The position numbers and the translations under genes are program-made. 64,000 nucleotides of DNA from assembly GCA_963663865.1 (NCBI GenBank), contig OY760686.1:3072001-3136000 (forward strand). The letters are read 5' to 3'. The DNA comes from Spirochaetota bacterium (GTDB lineage: Bacteria > Spirochaetota > UBA4802 > UBA5550). Under the pieces are notes generated by a model. The model ran no database searches and was not told where the DNA came from. It saw nothing but the letters and a program-made list of their open reading frames with translations. Shown here in pieces: positions 39,686 through 49,094 of this stretch (the first letter of the stretch is position 1; each line of letters starts with the position of its first letter).

Positions 39686-41317
39686 TTAATCCCTTATATC
39701 AGCTTCGCCGCCGGCGCCCTCAACCTGGTCAACCCTGACCTTGACGAACCAGACCGGAGGCTTGCCCGCGCCGTGTGACATGTAGTAGCTTCTTTTCTTT
39801 ACAGCCCTTGTAAAATCCGTTTTTATTATTCCGGGGATATCGGCTGCAGGAACATCAACGATCACCGGAACGGGGGCAATGCCGTACATACCCGCGGGAT
39901 CATCTCTGAAATAGAACCCTGCGTAGATGTAGGCGCCTTCCCTTGCCCTCAGTGACGACAGCATCTTCGGTGTAGGAATCATTACCCGGAACGAAACCCT
40001 GCCGTCCGTAAGAAGCGCGCTTCCGGCTGCAGCCTGGCCCCTGCCGGCCTGTCCAAAGGCCCCGGTCACAATTTCCTTCAGATTGGTAAGCAATGGCCCC
40101 TTTTTTATAACCCGCCGGCCGGTCTGCTTCTCAAAGAGCTCCGGAAGGCTGTAAGGCCCGGCCGCCTCAGACCTCATCTCGCTCAGCGGCTCGAGCGCCT
40201 TTCCCATAGACGGATTGTATCTGTCGGGAACATATACTCCCCCTCTCCAGGAGGATGCAGGCCTTTCCGATCTGAATGCCCTGCCGTTCTGGAAGTATAG
40301 ATACACCGGGCTTCCTGTTTCGGTGAAGGCCTTCTGGCTGTAGACGGCATAGATGTTTTTGCCGCGCGCTGACGCTGCAACCCTTTCGGGTATCTCGGCC
40401 CTGCTTCCAGTAAGGCTGCCCAGTGAAACTGCCCGCAGAGCGATGCCCTTCCCGGCGGCGCGGGCGGCCTCCTGTTCCGGGAAGCGGGCAGAGGGCATCT
40501 CCGAGTTTGTTATCAGAACAATGTGCTTAGCTGAACCTTTCCGCCATCGTACATTTCCGACCGCGTACCTGAGAGCAGAGACAAACGAAGAGGCGTCTGG
40601 CTTTCCGGATGGCTTCATGCCGGCAAGGGCCTGTCTGAGGGCGTGAAGAGTCGTATATGTCTTCACACCCGTGATATTTATGTTTTTCCCGGAAAAGGGA
40701 ATCAACGTTACGCGGCAATCCATTCTGCGGGCATCTATTAAATCCGAAGCTGACGCAATCACAGCGGCCCTGACATCGCCCCACTCGCAGGAGATGTTCC
40801 ATGAAAGATCAAGCAGAAAGGCAACGTCCGCGCTTCCGGCGTCATACCCTCGTTTTACAGCTGGATATGCCGTGAAGGCTTCGCGCACCTCGTTTTCGGC
40901 CAGCTCGAAGATATCTGAACCCGCTGAACTGATTCTGCTGAGCACACGCTTTTCTGGCACCGAATAGAGCACGCTCACAGACTCATATCCGCCGCGGGTT
41001 TTGTAGAGAGTTCCTGCGAGAACTGTGTCGATATATTTCCCCGCTGTCAATGCCTGAAGGTCATCAGAGGACAGCTTCTTTGCCGGATCAATCTTCAGTC
41101 TCTCCATGTCGAGTTCAATATCGCGTGAGGAGGTTACTCTGACATCGCGTGAAAGTAAAGCAGTAAGAGCAACCAGCCTTGCGAAATCCCGGGCTGTTTC
41201 TGCCGTAAGCTTTTCTGACGGATTCCCCGCCCTGTAGGGCAGCACAGCAGTCTCGGCAAAAAGGGCATGTGAGCCTAACACAAGAATCAAAGCTAATAAA
41301 ACTGTTAGTCTCTTCAT
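39686..41317 (-). CDS. Exported VWA-domain protein
   Basis: Signal peptide; DVAFLLDLSWN...VRWRKGSAKHIVLITNS vWA core; N-terminal TolB-N/FlgO-like alpha/beta region. Confidence 0.75.
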   Translation of the reverse strand: MKRLTVLLALILVLGSHALFAETAVLPYRAGNPSEKLTAETARDFARLVALTALLSRDVRVTSSRDIELDMERLKIDPAKKLSSDDLQALTAGKYIDTVLAGTLYKTRGGYESVSVLYSVPEKRVLSRISSAGSDIFELAENEVREAFTAYPAVKRGYDAGSADVAFLLDLSWNISCEWGDVRAAVIASASDLIDARRMDCRVTLIPFSGKNINITGVKTYTTLHALRQALAGMKPSGKPDASSFVSALRYAVGNVRWRKGSAKHIVLITNSEMPSARFPEQEAARAAGKGIALRAVSLGSLTGSRAEIPERVAASARGKNIYAVYSQKAFTETGSPVYLYFQNGRAFRSERPASSWRGGVYVPDRYNPSMGKALEPLSEMRSEAAGPYSLPELFEKQTGRRVIKKGPLLTNLKEIVTGAFGQAGRGQAAAGSALLTDGRVSFRVMIPTPKMLSSLRAREGAYIYAGFYFRDDPAGMYGIAPVPVIVDVPAADIPGIIKTDFTRAVKKRSYYMSHGAGKPPVWFVKVRVDQVEGAGGEADIRD

Positions 41318-41479
41318 ATTACTTAACATCACCTGGTTTTATTGGATAAATTTTTAATAGGCTATTATGCAGCAAATATCCCTGTCAAACACCTTTCAGG
41401 CGGTTTCCATAGACGGCCGAAAAATGGAATCAATCCATTGCAAATGCCCGGGGCGGCTAAATATCCTCAATAAATTTTC

Positions 41480-41507
41480 TTGACACCCGGCCTAAAAGCA
41501 CTATTCT
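41480..41507 (+). promoter_or_regulatory. sigma70-type promoter
   Basis: TTGACA-N16-TATTCT upstream of ATG 41540. Confidence 0.5.
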
Positions 41508-41539
41508 GCTGGAATAAAACTCTTCAAAGGAGATATGAT

Positions 41540-41815
41540 ATGAGACGCATTCTCGCAATAATGACAGCCTGCGCGCTTGCCTTTGCAGTTGCAGCGTGCA
41601 CAAAAAAACAAAAGGACATGACAATTGAAGATTTCGCTAAAATCGATCTCGAAGTAGCTGTTTCCGACCAGAAACCTGAAACAATCGAGACAATTGCGAA
41701 AAAACACGGATACACAGCAGAACAGTACGAAGAATTCTCAAAGATAATCGAAAAGAGCTCTACTCTCCAGGAAAAGCTTGGAGATATTCGTCTCGGAGAG
41801 CAAAAGTCCGAGTAA
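41540..41815 (+). CDS. Small lipoprotein
   Basis: AAGGAG RBS, MRRILAIMTACALAFAVAAC lipobox. Confidence 0.8.
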   Translation: MRRILAIMTACALAFAVAACTKKQKDMTIEDFAKIDLEVAVSDQKPETIETIAKKHGYTAEQYEEFSKIIEKSSTLQEKLGDIRLGEQKSE

Positions 41816-41834
41816 CCTTGAGCGGCTGCAGCCG

Positions 41835-42674
41835 CTACACAGTTTCAATATCCATGAAAGCCGCGGCGTTTTTTCCGAAAATCATCGCGGCTGTCTCTTT
41901 TCCACACTGCTCAATTCCCTGTACATATCGTCCGGCGCGCAGAAGCGGGAAGTCGCTTCCGAAAAGCACCCTGTCAGAACCAGCCGTCTCAGCGGCCAGC
42001 ATATAAATATTTTCGCTGTAAATATATGGGGTCGCGGCCGTATCGTAGACGCATGACTGAAGCGCCTCTTTCACCTCGGGCATCAGCTCGTAGAACACAA
42101 GCCCTCCGCCCCAGTGCGAAAGCATTATTCTGACGCCGGGGTATTTCCCGATTATCCTTATCGTTTCATTAAGGGCCGGATAATACTTTCCCGGATAGCT
42201 GTGGCCCACCGGTTCGTTGACATGGAGACACAGAGGAATATCAGCCTCGCCTGCTGACTCAATAAGCGTTTCCAGGCATTTCAGCACCTTCTCATCCATT
42301 CCAGCAGAGTACCAGGCTGCTTCTCCTACACCTGAAAGCCCCAGGTCTTTTGCCGCCCTTACGGCCTTTCTGACCACGCCCGAATCACTGGAAGACGGAA
42401 CAGCTCCAAAAGGAATAAGGCGCCCGTCTTTATCCGCCATGGCGGCAAAGAACTCGTTCTGCTCCATACATACATTTAAGTCTGCCCAGGGGAAGCCCAT
42501 CACGAAAGCCCTGCTTATTCCCGAATCGTTCAGATAACCTGATGCCTCATCGGCTGACGCCGTCTTTGCTGCCGGGTTTGAGTACAAAATTGAGAAACCC
42601 GGATCGGACAGGTAATTATCCCGCCGCTCAATAACACCGCTTTGAAAAACATGAATGTGAGAATCAATTACCAT
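41835..42674 (-). CDS. Amidohydrolase family protein (Amidohydro_2)
   Basis: IDSHIH, GVGE, LHVNEPVGH.YPGK, SHWGGG, FGSDFP. Confidence 0.92.
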   Translation of the reverse strand: MVIDSHIHVFQSGVIERRDNYLSDPGFSILYSNPAAKTASADEASGYLNDSGISRAFVMGFPWADLNVCMEQNEFFAAMADKDGRLIPFGAVPSSSDSGVVRKAVRAAKDLGLSGVGEAAWYSAGMDEKVLKCLETLIESAGEADIPLCLHVNEPVGHSYPGKYYPALNETIRIIGKYPGVRIMLSHWGGGLVFYELMPEVKEALQSCVYDTAATPYIYSENIYMLAAETAGSDRVLFGSDFPLLRAGRYVQGIEQCGKETAAMIFGKNAAAFMDIETV

Positions 42675-42833
42675 ATGTTCACTTCCCGAATTTTTCATAA
42701 ACCGTAATACATAGTACACTCTCTACAGCCTCACGGCAACACGATTTCCAGACCAGACAGCCTTTTTCGTTGACAACGCGCCGGGAAACAGCTAAGATCT
42801 GCCTGTGTGACAGCATGAGTCAGGAGGCTGAAG

Positions 42834-43838
42834 GTGAATCCTATATTTCGAATTGAATGGCCCAGGGCGACACCTAAAGAGGTGATATTTATCGCGGTGC
42901 TGCTTCTGCTGCTCGTAATCATCTACTTCTTTGTTAAATACCTTCAGCTGCAGAACCGGAAGAAAGCAAGGGAAGACTCGCTTTTCCTGATAAAGACGCG
43001 TCAGTTGGGGCTTTCAAGCTTTCAGATAAAGCTGCTTAACAACATGATTGAGATGCTTCAGCTTACCAGGCCTGACCGCATTCTCGCGGAGCCAGCTCTC
43101 TTCGAAAATTCGGCAGGCAAACTGCTAAGCTTTCTCAAGCAAAAACAGGAAGGGAGCTTTTCAATATCTTCGGTGTGCCGCGACCTGACCATCGCCTACG
43201 AGAAGCTTTATCATCCGTCAAGCGCCAAAAAACCTCTGGAAAGGATACAGGACATTGAAGCTGATCGCCTTCTCTACTTTGTCGCCGATGACAACAATGT
43301 CTACTTCGGCAAGATCATTGACACCGCCGAAGACAGCATCGTAGTAAGGATGTTCAGGTCCGCGAAGGAGCTTCAATTCCTTGAAACGGAATCCACAATG
43401 AAGGTTACAATCTGGCGGCTCGGCGACGCTGAATACTACTTCACCACAACAGGCATTCTCCGGGGTGACAGGCTTATAATGAAGGCCCCCGATGAGTTCA
43501 CACGCGAGCAGGAATTCCGATATCCATATGTCGACACTATTCTGCTCTGCGAAATCAGCACGGAAGCCGACGACGGAGAAACACCTGAGAAGATCAGGGC
43601 AACCATTTTCAAGATCAACGAAAAGGAGTCTGTTATCAGGCTTAAGCAGACACTTGATTACAGCAGCGAATACATTCTTGAGTTTGAGCTCAGCGACTTT
43701 AAATTCACTATAAAGTCAAAAATCATCGCCAACCGATCAATATCGGAAGCGCATATTAATTACTACACTTTGAAGTTCGGTGAGATATCGCCGGCTGCGG
43801 TAAACGTTCTCAAAAACTATCTGATTGAGCACCTCTGA
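42834..43838 (+). CDS. Membrane-anchored flagellar-brake/PilZ-like protein (degenerate)
   Basis: N-terminal TM, YcgR-like WRLGDAEYYF region, C-terminal beta domain ending ..LKFGEI....VLKNYL. Confidence 0.6.
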   Translation: MNPIFRIEWPRATPKEVIFIAVLLLLLVIIYFFVKYLQLQNRKKAREDSLFLIKTRQLGLSSFQIKLLNNMIEMLQLTRPDRILAEPALFENSAGKLLSFLKQKQEGSFSISSVCRDLTIAYEKLYHPSSAKKPLERIQDIEADRLLYFVADDNNVYFGKIIDTAEDSIVVRMFRSAKELQFLETESTMKVTIWRLGDAEYYFTTTGILRGDRLIMKAPDEFTREQEFRYPYVDTILLCEISTEADDGETPEKIRATIFKINEKESVIRLKQTLDYSSEYILEFELSDFKFTIKSKIIANRSISEAHINYYTLKFGEISPAAVNVLKNYLIEHL

Positions 43839-43858
43839 AACAACGCCGGCAACCGCGT

Positions 43859-45250
43859 TCAATCAGGCAGAATTTTCCCCGGATTCAAGATTCCGTTCGG
43901 GTCAAAGGCGAGCTTGATCCGCCTCTGCAGCTCAATCTCGGCTTCAGTCATCATTATTGCCAGGTACTCCCTGCGGAGAGCCCCGATTCCGTGTTCACCG
44001 GTAATGCTTCCGCCAAGTTCAACAGCCCTTCTGTATATCTCCCGCTTGAGCTCTGGAATCATTAAGCTCCATTCGCTGTCGCCGATTGTATCCTTCAGGA
44101 TATCGATGTGCACATTGCCGTCGCCCGCGTGTCCGAACATTATTGAGCTGAGCCCTCTTGAAACAAGGTGCCTTTTCAGAGACTTCAAAAATACCGCTAT
44201 TGACGCCCTCGGAACAGAACAGTCCTCGGCAAGGAATATGGGACTCCTGCTTTCAATCGCGTCCCTCGTGGAGCGCCTCGCCTTCCAGAGCCGGGCCTTA
44301 TCCTCCTCTGTGCGGGCAATAAAGACGCTGTCCGGCTCGGCGCCGGCCGCCCTGACTATGCGGGCAATGTCGCTGTCAACTGCATCCTCTGTCGCGCCGT
44401 CCGCCTGAATCAACAGATGAGCCCCCGCGTCAGGGAAAAGGATATTCCCCCCGAGATACGAAGAAACCAGCCTGATGGCGTCATGTTCCATAAACTCGAC
44501 GGCGCATGGAACCACCCTGCTCCGGAGGATTGAGGTAACAGCGTCAACAGCCAGATCAAGCGATTGGAATGGAATAAGGACGTCATACACAACAAGAGGC
44601 GCCGGAATCAGCCTCAGGTATATCTTTGTGACAACACCGAGCACACCTTCAGAGCCGACCAGCATGGCGGTCAGATTAAGGCCTGCCGCGTTTTTGACAA
44701 TCTTGCCTCCTGTCCTTATTATATCCCCGCCCGGCAGAACAAATTCATGCCCGAGGATATAGGCTCCCGTAATACCGTACTTGACGGCGCGCGGCCCGCC
44801 GGCGTTCTCAGCCAGGTTGCCTCCAATGGAACACTTGTCAAGGCTAGCCGGATCAGGCGGATACATGAGCCCGTGCTTTAGCGCCTCTTTCTGAATATCG
44901 CCTGTTATCGCCCCGGGCTCAACCACAGCGACCATGTTCTCGCCGTCAATCTCGAGAATACGGCTCATTCTCTCAAGAGAAAGCACTATCCCGCCATTAA
45001 CCGCCACGGCCCCGCCCGTGACTCCGCTGCCGCCGCCTCTCGGAATGACCGGCACTTTGAAATCATTGCATATCTTCATCACAAGCGAAACATCATCTGA
45101 ATTGCGAGCAGCGACAACGGCATCGGGGGCCGAACTCAGGTTTGACGTCTTATCAGTACAGTAAGGCTCAATACCCGCCTCATCCGTAAACAGGACATCT
45201 GCGTGAAGGGATTTCCTGAGCAGCTCTATGGCTTCTTTGACTCTATTCAT
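43859..45250 (-). CDS. FAD-binding oxidoreductase, GlcD / D-lactate dehydrogenase family
   Basis: PRGGGSGVTGG, YPPDPAS, GGNLAENAGG, FGHAGDGNVH, GEHGIG, DPNGILNPGK. Confidence 0.93.
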   Translation of the reverse strand: MNRVKEAIELLRKSLHADVLFTDEAGIEPYCTDKTSNLSSAPDAVVAARNSDDVSLVMKICNDFKVPVIPRGGGSGVTGGAVAVNGGIVLSLERMSRILEIDGENMVAVVEPGAITGDIQKEALKHGLMYPPDPASLDKCSIGGNLAENAGGPRAVKYGITGAYILGHEFVLPGGDIIRTGGKIVKNAAGLNLTAMLVGSEGVLGVVTKIYLRLIPAPLVVYDVLIPFQSLDLAVDAVTSILRSRVVPCAVEFMEHDAIRLVSSYLGGNILFPDAGAHLLIQADGATEDAVDSDIARIVRAAGAEPDSVFIARTEEDKARLWKARRSTRDAIESRSPIFLAEDCSVPRASIAVFLKSLKRHLVSRGLSSIMFGHAGDGNVHIDILKDTIGDSEWSLMIPELKREIYRRAVELGGSITGEHGIGALRREYLAIMMTEAEIELQRRIKLAFDPNGILNPGKILPD

Positions 45251-45584
45251 TTATATCATCTCCGTAACAGGGACATGAAGCGCTATCGGGTTTATTTTTC
45301 AAGGGGAAAACATGGGAGCCCACTCGATCTTCCGCAATGATATTACGTGATTTATAATTCAGATTGTCAGATTTTATAACATCAATTGCGAATAATATTT
45401 GATATTTTTTGCTTTTACTGCTGGAATGTTAGATGTATTTACTTCTTCGATTTATTGTTTACCTCGTTATACATATTACCGGCTTTAAATTTAAACGAGT
45501 GTCCGGTTTTCTGAGCTATGCTCAGTTCACATCGTTAGACGAACTTAAAACATCCATAGTCAAAAAAACACTTGAGGGGGAGTT

Positions 45585-46217
45585 GTGAACCTGTACAAAA
45601 ACAAATACCGAGCAGAATCAGCGCGCCTGAAGGCATGGGACTATTCATCTAACGGTAGATATTATATTACGATTTGCGTGAATAATCACGAATGTGTCTT
45701 CGGATATATTACAGCCAGAAAAATGGTCCTCTCGAATCTCGGAAAAAATGCAGAATCTTGTTGGCGTGAGATTCCTCATCATTTCCCATTTGTGAAATTG
45801 GATGAATATGTTGTCATGCCAAATCATATACACGGCATCATCGTTATTGAAAAAACCGTGAAACACCGGAAACACGGGGAATCCGCGAAACACGGGGAAT
45901 CCGTAGAGACGCAAAATCTTGCGTCTCTACAATCGAACGTGTCGGAATCAAACGTGCCACCGTCGAACGTGTCGGTATCGAACATGCCACCGTCGAATTT
46001 CGGCCCCCAATCAAAAAATATTGCATCGATCATACGCGGTTTTAAAATCGGTGTTACAAAATATGCGGTGAATAACAACATTCCATTTAAATGGCAACCC
46101 CGGTTTCATGATCACATCATACGCGATGAAAATGATTTAAACCGCATCCGCAAGTATATAATGAATAATCCATTAAATTGGGGACCACCCTCACGGCAGG
46201 GGAATATTTTCTCTTGA
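45585..46217 (+). mobile_element. REP-associated tyrosine transposase (RAYT, IS200-like HUH family)
   Basis: S.RL..WDYS..G.YYITIC, VVMPNHIHGI (HUH), WQPRFHDHIIRD, YIMNNP catalytic Tyr. Confidence 0.9.
45869..45997. repeat. REP palindrome flanked by short tandem repeats inside the RAYT gene
   Basis: GTAGAGACGCAA-AATC-TTGCGTCTCTAC perfect palindrome (45903-45930), preceded by 2 x 18-bp and followed by 2 x 30-bp direct repeats. Confidence 0.88.
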
Positions 46218-46242
46218 CTTTACACATAGCATTGTGTAATCT
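46214..46242 (+). promoter_or_regulatory. vapBC promoter with palindromic autoregulatory operator
   Basis: TTGACT-N17-TAATCT overlapped by TTACACA-TAGCAT-TGTGTAA inverted repeat. Confidence 0.7.
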
Positions 46243-46261
46243 TATTGCAGAGGTAAATTAT

Positions 46262-46459
46262 ATGGCAACTAATTTAAATATCGATATGAAACTGTTAGAT
46301 GAAGTTTATGAAATGGGAAATTTCAAAACTAAAAAGGAAGCAGTAAACGTTGCGCTTAAGGAGTATATCCAGAAGCATCGACAAAAAGAATTGTTGAAAT
46401 TTCTAAACAAAGTTGATTTTGATAAAGCCTATGATTACAAAAAAGCACGAAATAGATGA
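46262..46459 (+). CDS. vapB: Type II antitoxin, VapB family
   Basis: MATNLNID..LLDE......KTKKEAVN.AL.EYI, YDYKKAR; ATGA overlap with the toxin gene. Confidence 0.9.
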   Translation: MATNLNIDMKLLDEVYEMGNFKTKKEAVNVALKEYIQKHRQKELLKFLNKVDFDKAYDYKKARNR

Positions 46460-46881
46460 CAAAATTCATCATAGACACCTCGGTATGGTCTGAAGCGCTC
46501 CGCCGAAAAAAGAATACTGTAAATTCTTCTGAAACTGTTGTCAGAAAGATTATAGAAAATGATGATGAGATTGTTATTTTAGGTATAATTCTTCAGGAAA
46601 TTCTAACCGGCATCTCAAATGAAAAATTATATAGAGAGATAAAAAACATTTTGGATGATTTTGTGTACTTAGATATTACAAAAAGTGACTACATTTACGC
46701 CTCTGAGTTAAGCAATAAATGCAGATCAAAAGGTATTATTGCTGGATCAATTGATTTTTTAATTGCAAGCGCTGCAATCAGAAACGAAATACAACTGGTA
46801 ACTTTCGACAAAGACTTTTTCAACATAGGTAAACATTCCGATTTAAAAATTGTAGACTTAGATCGTTTTCTTGAAAATTAA
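46456..46881 (+). CDS. vapC: Type II toxin, VapC PIN-domain ribonuclease
   Basis: IIDTSVW, ILQEIL.G, IDFLIA, TFDKDF acidic PIN motifs. Confidence 0.92.
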   Translation: MTKFIIDTSVWSEALRRKKNTVNSSETVVRKIIENDDEIVILGIILQEILTGISNEKLYREIKNILDDFVYLDITKSDYIYASELSNKCRSKGIIAGSIDFLIASAAIRNEIQLVTFDKDFFNIGKHSDLKIVDLDRFLEN

Positions 46882-47255
46882 GGTAATTTACAAGGCTTAC
46901 CCGCGTCGTTCGGAGAACATCGCCTGGGACTTCGTCGATGTTGCGGCACCAGGCCGCCGCAACTTAAAAGAGCGCTATTGTCACAACCTCAGAAGGAGTA
47001 TTTAACAAAACTTCAATACAATCAGGCGATGACAATACCGCTTCACGGATAACATCCCCCCGCCGCAAACGAAGAACAGTATATTTTGGAGACAGAGTAC
47101 AATTATAACCCAAAGCTATTTACACAAAAGATCTGATACTCTCAAGTATTTCTTGACATGGGCGATTCTACATATAAATAAAATCTTATAAATCAATTGT
47201 AATTTTCAACTTTCGTTCTGCGGGTCGACATTAAAAACAAACATTGGAGTTTTTT

Positions 47256-47519
47256 ATGAAAATACTTAATTTTATTTCTTTAACATTATTACTTTTTTCA
47301 TTATCTCATTGTGATATTAATGACGATGCAAACGATGTATGTTTTTCTCCAACACAAAATATTGATATTGCATATAAAGAGGGTTCAATTGGATGTTCGT
47401 GTGATAAAAATGTTGATGAGGACATTTGTGTCGATGGAGCAGCATTAATGTGTAAAGTGGATAGATGGGTTGCAGTTGAAGATGGACCTTGCATGCCCTT
47501 ACCTCCACAGCTTGAATAA
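47256..47519 (+). CDS. Small Cys-rich lipoprotein
   Basis: GGAG RBS, lipobox LSHC, six further Cys; AT-rich codon usage. Confidence 0.7.
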   Translation: MKILNFISLTLLLFSLSHCDINDDANDVCFSPTQNIDIAYKEGSIGCSCDKNVDEDICVDGAALMCKVDRWVAVEDGPCMPLPPQLE

Positions 47520-47811
47520 CAATATCATAAAACTTTTTATAATAGCTTTAATATAATTGCCTCAGTCCGTATTATCGAGGAGCCCCAACCGCTTAACTGG
47601 AAGTGCCCCTCCGCCGACGAAGAACAGCTCTTCCGAGCAAAAGGACATTACCACCTCCCCGCCCATACAATTTCTTGAAACTTTTAAAAATCTTTATATA
47701 CATATTAAGTAATTTAAGATATAATAAACCTTAAATACCAAATCAGTCATATCTGCTTCTGTACAAAAAGCAAACAGCTGATTTTTAACAAAAACCAATA
47801 TGGAGGAAACT

Positions 47812-48171
47812 ATGCCTGAATTTGCCAATCCTTTCAGTGTAAAAAAAAGCGACAGAAAGCTGACTGACCAGGAACTGGTGAGGTCAATCAGACTCATGAT
47901 AGCAGCAGAATACGAGGCCATTCAGCTCTATCAGCAGCTTGCCGAATCTACGGACAACAAGCTCGCTCAGCAGGTACTCATTGACATCGCCGACGAAGAG
48001 AAGGTGCACGCTGGAGAGTTCCTGCGTCTGCTTAAAGAATTAGACCCTCAGGAAGAGGAATTCTATAGGGAAGGCGCGCAGGAAGTCGAAGAGGAATTCC
48101 TCTCCGGCGGTGGACAATCCGGACAGAGCGGAACAGAGGACCTGGGAATAGGAAGCCTTAAAAACACATGA
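47812..48171 (+). CDS. Ferritin-like (rubrerythrin-type) encapsulin cargo protein with C-terminal targeting peptide
   Basis: AAEYEAIQLY and DEEKVHAGE di-iron ligands; Gly-rich linker then DLGIGSLK cargo-loading peptide. Confidence 0.93.
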   Translation: MPEFANPFSVKKSDRKLTDQELVRSIRLMIAAEYEAIQLYQQLAESTDNKLAQQVLIDIADEEKVHAGEFLRLLKELDPQEEEFYREGAQEVEEEFLSGGGQSGQSGTEDLGIGSLKNT

Positions 48172-48187
48172 CATTGAGGAGGAAAAG

Positions 48188-48991
48188 ATGAATCTGCTAA
48201 GACAAAGCTTTGCCCCCATCAGTGAAAGCGGATGGGATGAAATAAACGGTCTCGCAAAAGAGACGCTGACTGCCAACCTTTCAGCGAGAAGATTCTGCGA
48301 TGTTGAAGGCCCGTTTGGAATCAACTATACCGGCGTCAACCTCGGAAGGCTTGAAGTCCCTCAGGGCCAGAAGAAGGACGCTGTCCAGTATGGAATCAAC
48401 AGGGTGCTTCCTCTTGTAGAAGCCAGGGTGAGCTTCTCAGTAAATATCTGGGAACTCGACAATGTGGAACGCGGAGCGAAGGACATTGAACTTGATGCCG
48501 TAGTTGAAGCGGCAAAGAAGATGGCCGCCTTTGAGGAAAGCGCCGTATACAACGGCCTTCCTGAAGCCGGCATTGAAGGACTTAACGGCTCAGCTGACGC
48601 TTCAAGGACAGTTGAGATGTCCCTCGAGAAGGACAGCGTCATTGACTCCATCAGCGAAGGACTCAGAATTATGCGAAGCAGCGGAATTGACTCCGAGGCT
48701 AACCTTATTGTTAACCCGGAACTGTGGAAGTTTCAGGCGCGGATGTTCCCAGGCGGGAACCTCGGTGCTTCAATTAAAAAGCAAATTGGCGGTTCGATAA
48801 TCTATTCCGATACTGTTAAGGGCGCGCTGCTTGTTTCAAACCGCGATGGCGACTTTGAACTCACAATCGGACAGGACTTTTCAGTAGGCTACCACAGCCA
48901 CGATTCAGAGAAGGTCAACCTCTTCCTGAGCGAATCCTTCACTTTCAGAATAATAACGCCCGAAGCGCTTGTGGCATTTAAAATCAAGTAA
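48188..48991 (+). CDS. Family 1 encapsulin nanocompartment shell protein (Linocin M18-like)
   Basis: LLRQSFAPIS..GW.EI, ARRFCDVEGPFG, WELDNVERGA, GQDFSVGY, ESFTFRIITPEA. Confidence 0.96.
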   Translation: MNLLRQSFAPISESGWDEINGLAKETLTANLSARRFCDVEGPFGINYTGVNLGRLEVPQGQKKDAVQYGINRVLPLVEARVSFSVNIWELDNVERGAKDIELDAVVEAAKKMAAFEESAVYNGLPEAGIEGLNGSADASRTVEMSLEKDSVIDSISEGLRIMRSSGIDSEANLIVNPELWKFQARMFPGGNLGASIKKQIGGSIIYSDTVKGALLVSNRDGDFELTIGQDFSVGYHSHDSEKVNLFLSESFTFRIITPEALVAFKIK

Positions 48992-49013
48992 GACTCGCCA
49001 AAGACTAAATATA

Positions 49014-49050
49014 AGAAAAAGCCCACGGTCTGAAAACCGCGGGCTTTTTT
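49014..49050. terminator. Bidirectional intrinsic terminator after the encapsulin operon
   Basis: AAAAAGCCCACGGT-CTGAAA-ACCGCGGGCTTTTT between convergent genes. Confidence 0.8.
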
Positions 49051-49094
49051 AATCGGATGTAAGCCGTCAGGCCGTAACCCCGGCATCCGTGTAA

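Noticed and set aside
31957-45300. Possible island integrated at the tmRNA 3' end (region looks somewhat more GC-rich)
   Set aside because: No integrase and no duplicated ssrA 3' end found; GC impression not computed
45480-45545. GTTAGAC upstream of the RAYT as an integron attC core site
   Set aside because: No complementary RYYYAAC with a proper attC stem identified and no integrase in the window
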